DNA from: Lytechinus pictus
Lineage: Eukaryota
NCBI RefSeq assembly: GCF_037042905.1
Contig: NC_087251.1
Span: 35,280,001-35,344,000 of the forward strand
DNA: 64,000 nucleotides
Direction of reading: 5' to 3'
Below the pieces are notes generated by a model. It made no database searches. It was given only the letters and a program-made list of their open reading frames with translations, and was not told the origin of the DNA. Both the position numbers and the translations under genes were made by a program. Positions within the stretch are counted from its first letter, which is position 1, and every line of letters starts with the position of its first letter. Of this stretch, positions 60,917 through 64,000 are shown piece by piece.

Positions 60917-61056
60917 GGGGAGCGTTTCATAAAGAACATTGCAAGTGATTTTCACCGCTTAATTTGCTCTCCGCCAATCAGATTCAATAAATTTCAGAAG
61001 CTTACAACAGTTGCCTTTGAAAATCACTGAGATGAGGATTCGTGAAACACTCCCCT
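60917..61056. mobile_element. Short MITE (ggagcgtttcat family)
   Basis: ggggagcgtttcata ... gtgaaacactcccc; relatives at about 39100-39202 and 48440-48580. Confidence 0.65.
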
Positions 61057-61517
61057 GTTGTCCCTTAGAGCAAAGCCATCTTCAGAGTGCCAATCCGATA
61101 GAGGGCTGGGAGGTCAGAAAATGCCAAAGGCGAGTCGAAGAAGAGCGCTTTAATTTTCTGTCGATGGGAGTATAAACATTTTATTTCTTTAGAGAAAGGG
61201 ACGAACAAAGGTTACAAAGCAATTACAGAAAGTATAACATCTAGTCAATGGTATATGTGACAAATTCATGTATGATAAAATTGAACTTAGTGTGTATTCG
61301 TGTAACATCGGGGTTATGTCACAACCATCGAAACCAACCCCGTGACCGATCGAAGCAATTACATTACTTCAAATTATGACACACCATCACACGGTTTGGA
61401 GACGGTTTCGGTTGTGCGAATGTGGTATTTGTTCGTGACTAATGGTACAGTCATATCGGTTAAATCGACGCCAGGCCGACAGAAAACCGACATAACGTCA
61501 TTACCAAAGTCGGCAGA

Positions 61518-61702
61518 CCTGGGGGGGGGGGGTGTTTCATAAAGCTGTTCGTACAGTTACGAACGACTCTATGCACGACTGGAACATATTCTTAGGTCAT
61601 AACTAAATTACATAGGGATGTCACATACCACAAGGAAGGATCACCAGTCGTTCGTAAAGTTATTCGTCATCTTACGAACAGCTTTATGAAACACCCACCA
61701 GG
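61518..61702. mobile_element. Palindromic MITE
   Basis: TIR cctgg.gggtgtttcataaagctgttcgta / tacgaacagctttatgaaacacccaccagg. Confidence 0.85.
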
Positions 61703-63062
61703 AAGAATCGCTTTCGTTATAGGGTGACTGTAGCATTCGATAACTGAGAAAATTGAAAGAGAAAATGTTGCGATACGAAAAGCAACGTAGTGTGTTGTCT
61801 TTTAGATTCATGTCCTTCATTTAGGAATGTTAATACGGCTAAGATTTTTTTTATGTAAATATGTTTGAAACTCAATAAAAACAGAAATACCAGAAAAGGT
61901 GCCAGTTTTCCCGTAATTCCAAAACATCCTGCATGGGCATCAAGGTTTATGATGATTTCATTGTGGCTACTCATATCACGTAAAGCTCGCATTTTTGTTC
62001 CCATGGCGATTCAAGAATGTAAAATGTGCTCACGAACAATTGAAATAGAATATAGATAGGAATTCTCCGTAAGGTAATATACCATTATTGCATCGTTCAT
62101 GAAAGAGGACTACACAGGTTTTCAATGAAGAATGCAGAAATGCATTTTTCTCCCCTTTAAACTGAATAATGGAGATAAGAGCTTCACATGGAAGCAATTT
62201 CTTAAACAAATTTCATTATGAAGCTATATAAACCTGACTGTGATATCCCTTTCCCAACGACCATAGCGTAATGAGATTAAGCAACCCTACCTTAATCATT
62301 TTATTACAGCCATTTTCAGAACTAGTGCATTCCCTGATAATAAAGTTAGAACTTAATCATATCACCTTAACCATCAATGAATCCTTAACTAAAACACCTA
62401 AAATCATTTGAAAGTCGATTAAAATCCCCTATACTAAAAACGCCTCAACCACCTGAACATGCTGAAAGAGCATTATGAACATGATGAAGCTAAATTCCCA
62501 ACTACTCAATTCTGGTCACGAGCCGTTACTCTAACTGAAAAAAATTGGTCATGTAGTCTAATGTTATACACCGAATAGAATCCATCTACTCTCTGAAATA
62601 TTTATAATACAAATATCATGTTGGAAAAGAACAAACGATTGTAACATGCTTAAAACATATCGTAACGAGATGAATCTTGTTTTATAATACAATAAAATGG
62701 CCGATCAAATGTTATGTCAATATCAACGTTATATTAAACATTTTAATTTGATAAAGAGAAGGCGCGATTCTAGGAGGGAATGGGCTCTGGTCCATTTGGC
62801 CCAAAATTAGTAAGTACGCTGCATTGGATTGGGGCACTCTTTTCTGTCCATTGAATGTTTGTATGGATATTGGCTCATTTTGAAGTGAATACTGTTTTCC
62901 TTGTCATTTTTTTCATAGATGATTATATATGTCTGTATGTTTGTTGAGTGGTTTCCTTGTTTTTTCTGATTTTTTAAATTTTATGGCTGTAAAGACCGTT
63001 TTTTGCCCCCGCCCATATCCCTGAGTCCAGTTTCATGAGAATTGTTATATTAGCAAATGGAC

Positions 63063-63063
<1 letters not shown>

Positions 63064-63139
<76 letters not shown>

Positions 63140-63319
63140 TAACAAGTGCACACCTAGTTACCAATAATGCACATAGCATTTCCATTCATTTGAAACCAGG
63201 ATGAAAGAGCATTGCAGATTAAATGCCTTGCTCACGGGCATGGGTGCCGCGGCCGGGATCGAACCCAAGACTTTCCCATTATAGCCGGGCGCCTTAGACC
63301 ACTCGGCCACGGCACCTCC
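63064..63319 (-). mobile_element. tRNA-derived SINE remnant with (TA)n/(TAA)n at its tail
   Basis: Minus-strand head ggaggtgccgtggccgagtggtctaaggcg...gggttcgatcccggcc, then gagcaaggcatttaatctgca; microsatellite 63064-63137. Confidence 0.75.
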
Positions 63320-64000
63320 ACTTCAAATTCAAACAAATTTACGATCAGCCGATCAAATCTAACCTGTTACCTCAATTTTTGTTTAATTTCATTTTTTTCA
63401 TGAAGCGGGCTCTACTAAAGAGGTAGATTATTCAAGACAGATGCTCCAGTGCAGGGTCAAAATAATCACTTTATAGGTCAGAGTCAATTGAAAAATAGAC
63501 CATTCCACCTGCATTCTCCTCTTCGCGATACAAGAGGTTGTAACTATTTTCCTTGTGCATTTTAGGTGTCAAGTAGGATAAAAAAGATTGAAGTATCACT
63601 TTCTGGGTTGTCAAGATGACAGATCAAGCTGGGATTTCACTTCTGATAAAATCTAATGTTACACAAGTCATTTTCAGATGGGTTTTCCCCCATGACAGAG
63701 ATGAACGATCGATCGATGATGTTGCTCTTGATGTTCATAGTTGTTGTTGTTGTTTAGATGCATGTTGACATTATGATATCCAAATAACTGTCACTATTCA
63801 TTTGGTCAGATCTGTGGAGATTTCCCCCATGTCTTAGATGATCAAAACAAGATATTTTTCTCTGTTTTGTGGTTGTTGATGTTTAGTTACTTGTTGACAT
63901 TATAATGTCCTAATTACTGAGGACGTTTGCTTTATAGTCCGATCTGATGGACTATCGTCGTGGTTAACAGAGGGCGTATCCGATATGGATGTGGGAATAG

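Noticed and set aside
55817..64000. Second coding exon of the convertase
   Set aside because: No phase-0 exon with the expected pro-domain continuation found by eye; candidates at about 60463 and 63566 hit stops quickly, so the intron probably exceeds the window

Overview
Eukaryotic, AT-rich, intron-rich genomic DNA. The repeat landscape looks echinoderm or sea-urchin-like, but that is an inference. The window holds three genes on the + strand: (1) the last 8 coding exons of an SLC13/DASS Na+-coupled anion transporter (312-16803); (2) a complete tandem paralog with 13 coding exons (21473-45980, about 634 aa); (3) the promoter and first coding exon of a furin/PC-type proprotein convertase (55634-55816). 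Introns are packed with often nested mobile elements: a near-full CR1/L2-group LINE, a PIF/Harbinger transposase remnant, Penelope-like remnants, tRNA-derived SINEs, and non-autonomous DNA elements of several types. Most notable: both SLC13 paralogs change canonical substrate/Na+ motifs (second SN to AN; GTGPN to GTSAN where visible) and differ from each other most in that hairpin exon, while other tracts look gene-converted. One paralog has a recent 4-bp frameshift in its C-tail, and both keep a GC-AG intron. Degenerate minimal hammerhead-ribozyme motifs sit in the Penelope-like remnants. No prokaryotic-type system or CRISPR array is present. All analysis was by eye; element superfamily labels rest on termini/TSD rules, not database searches.
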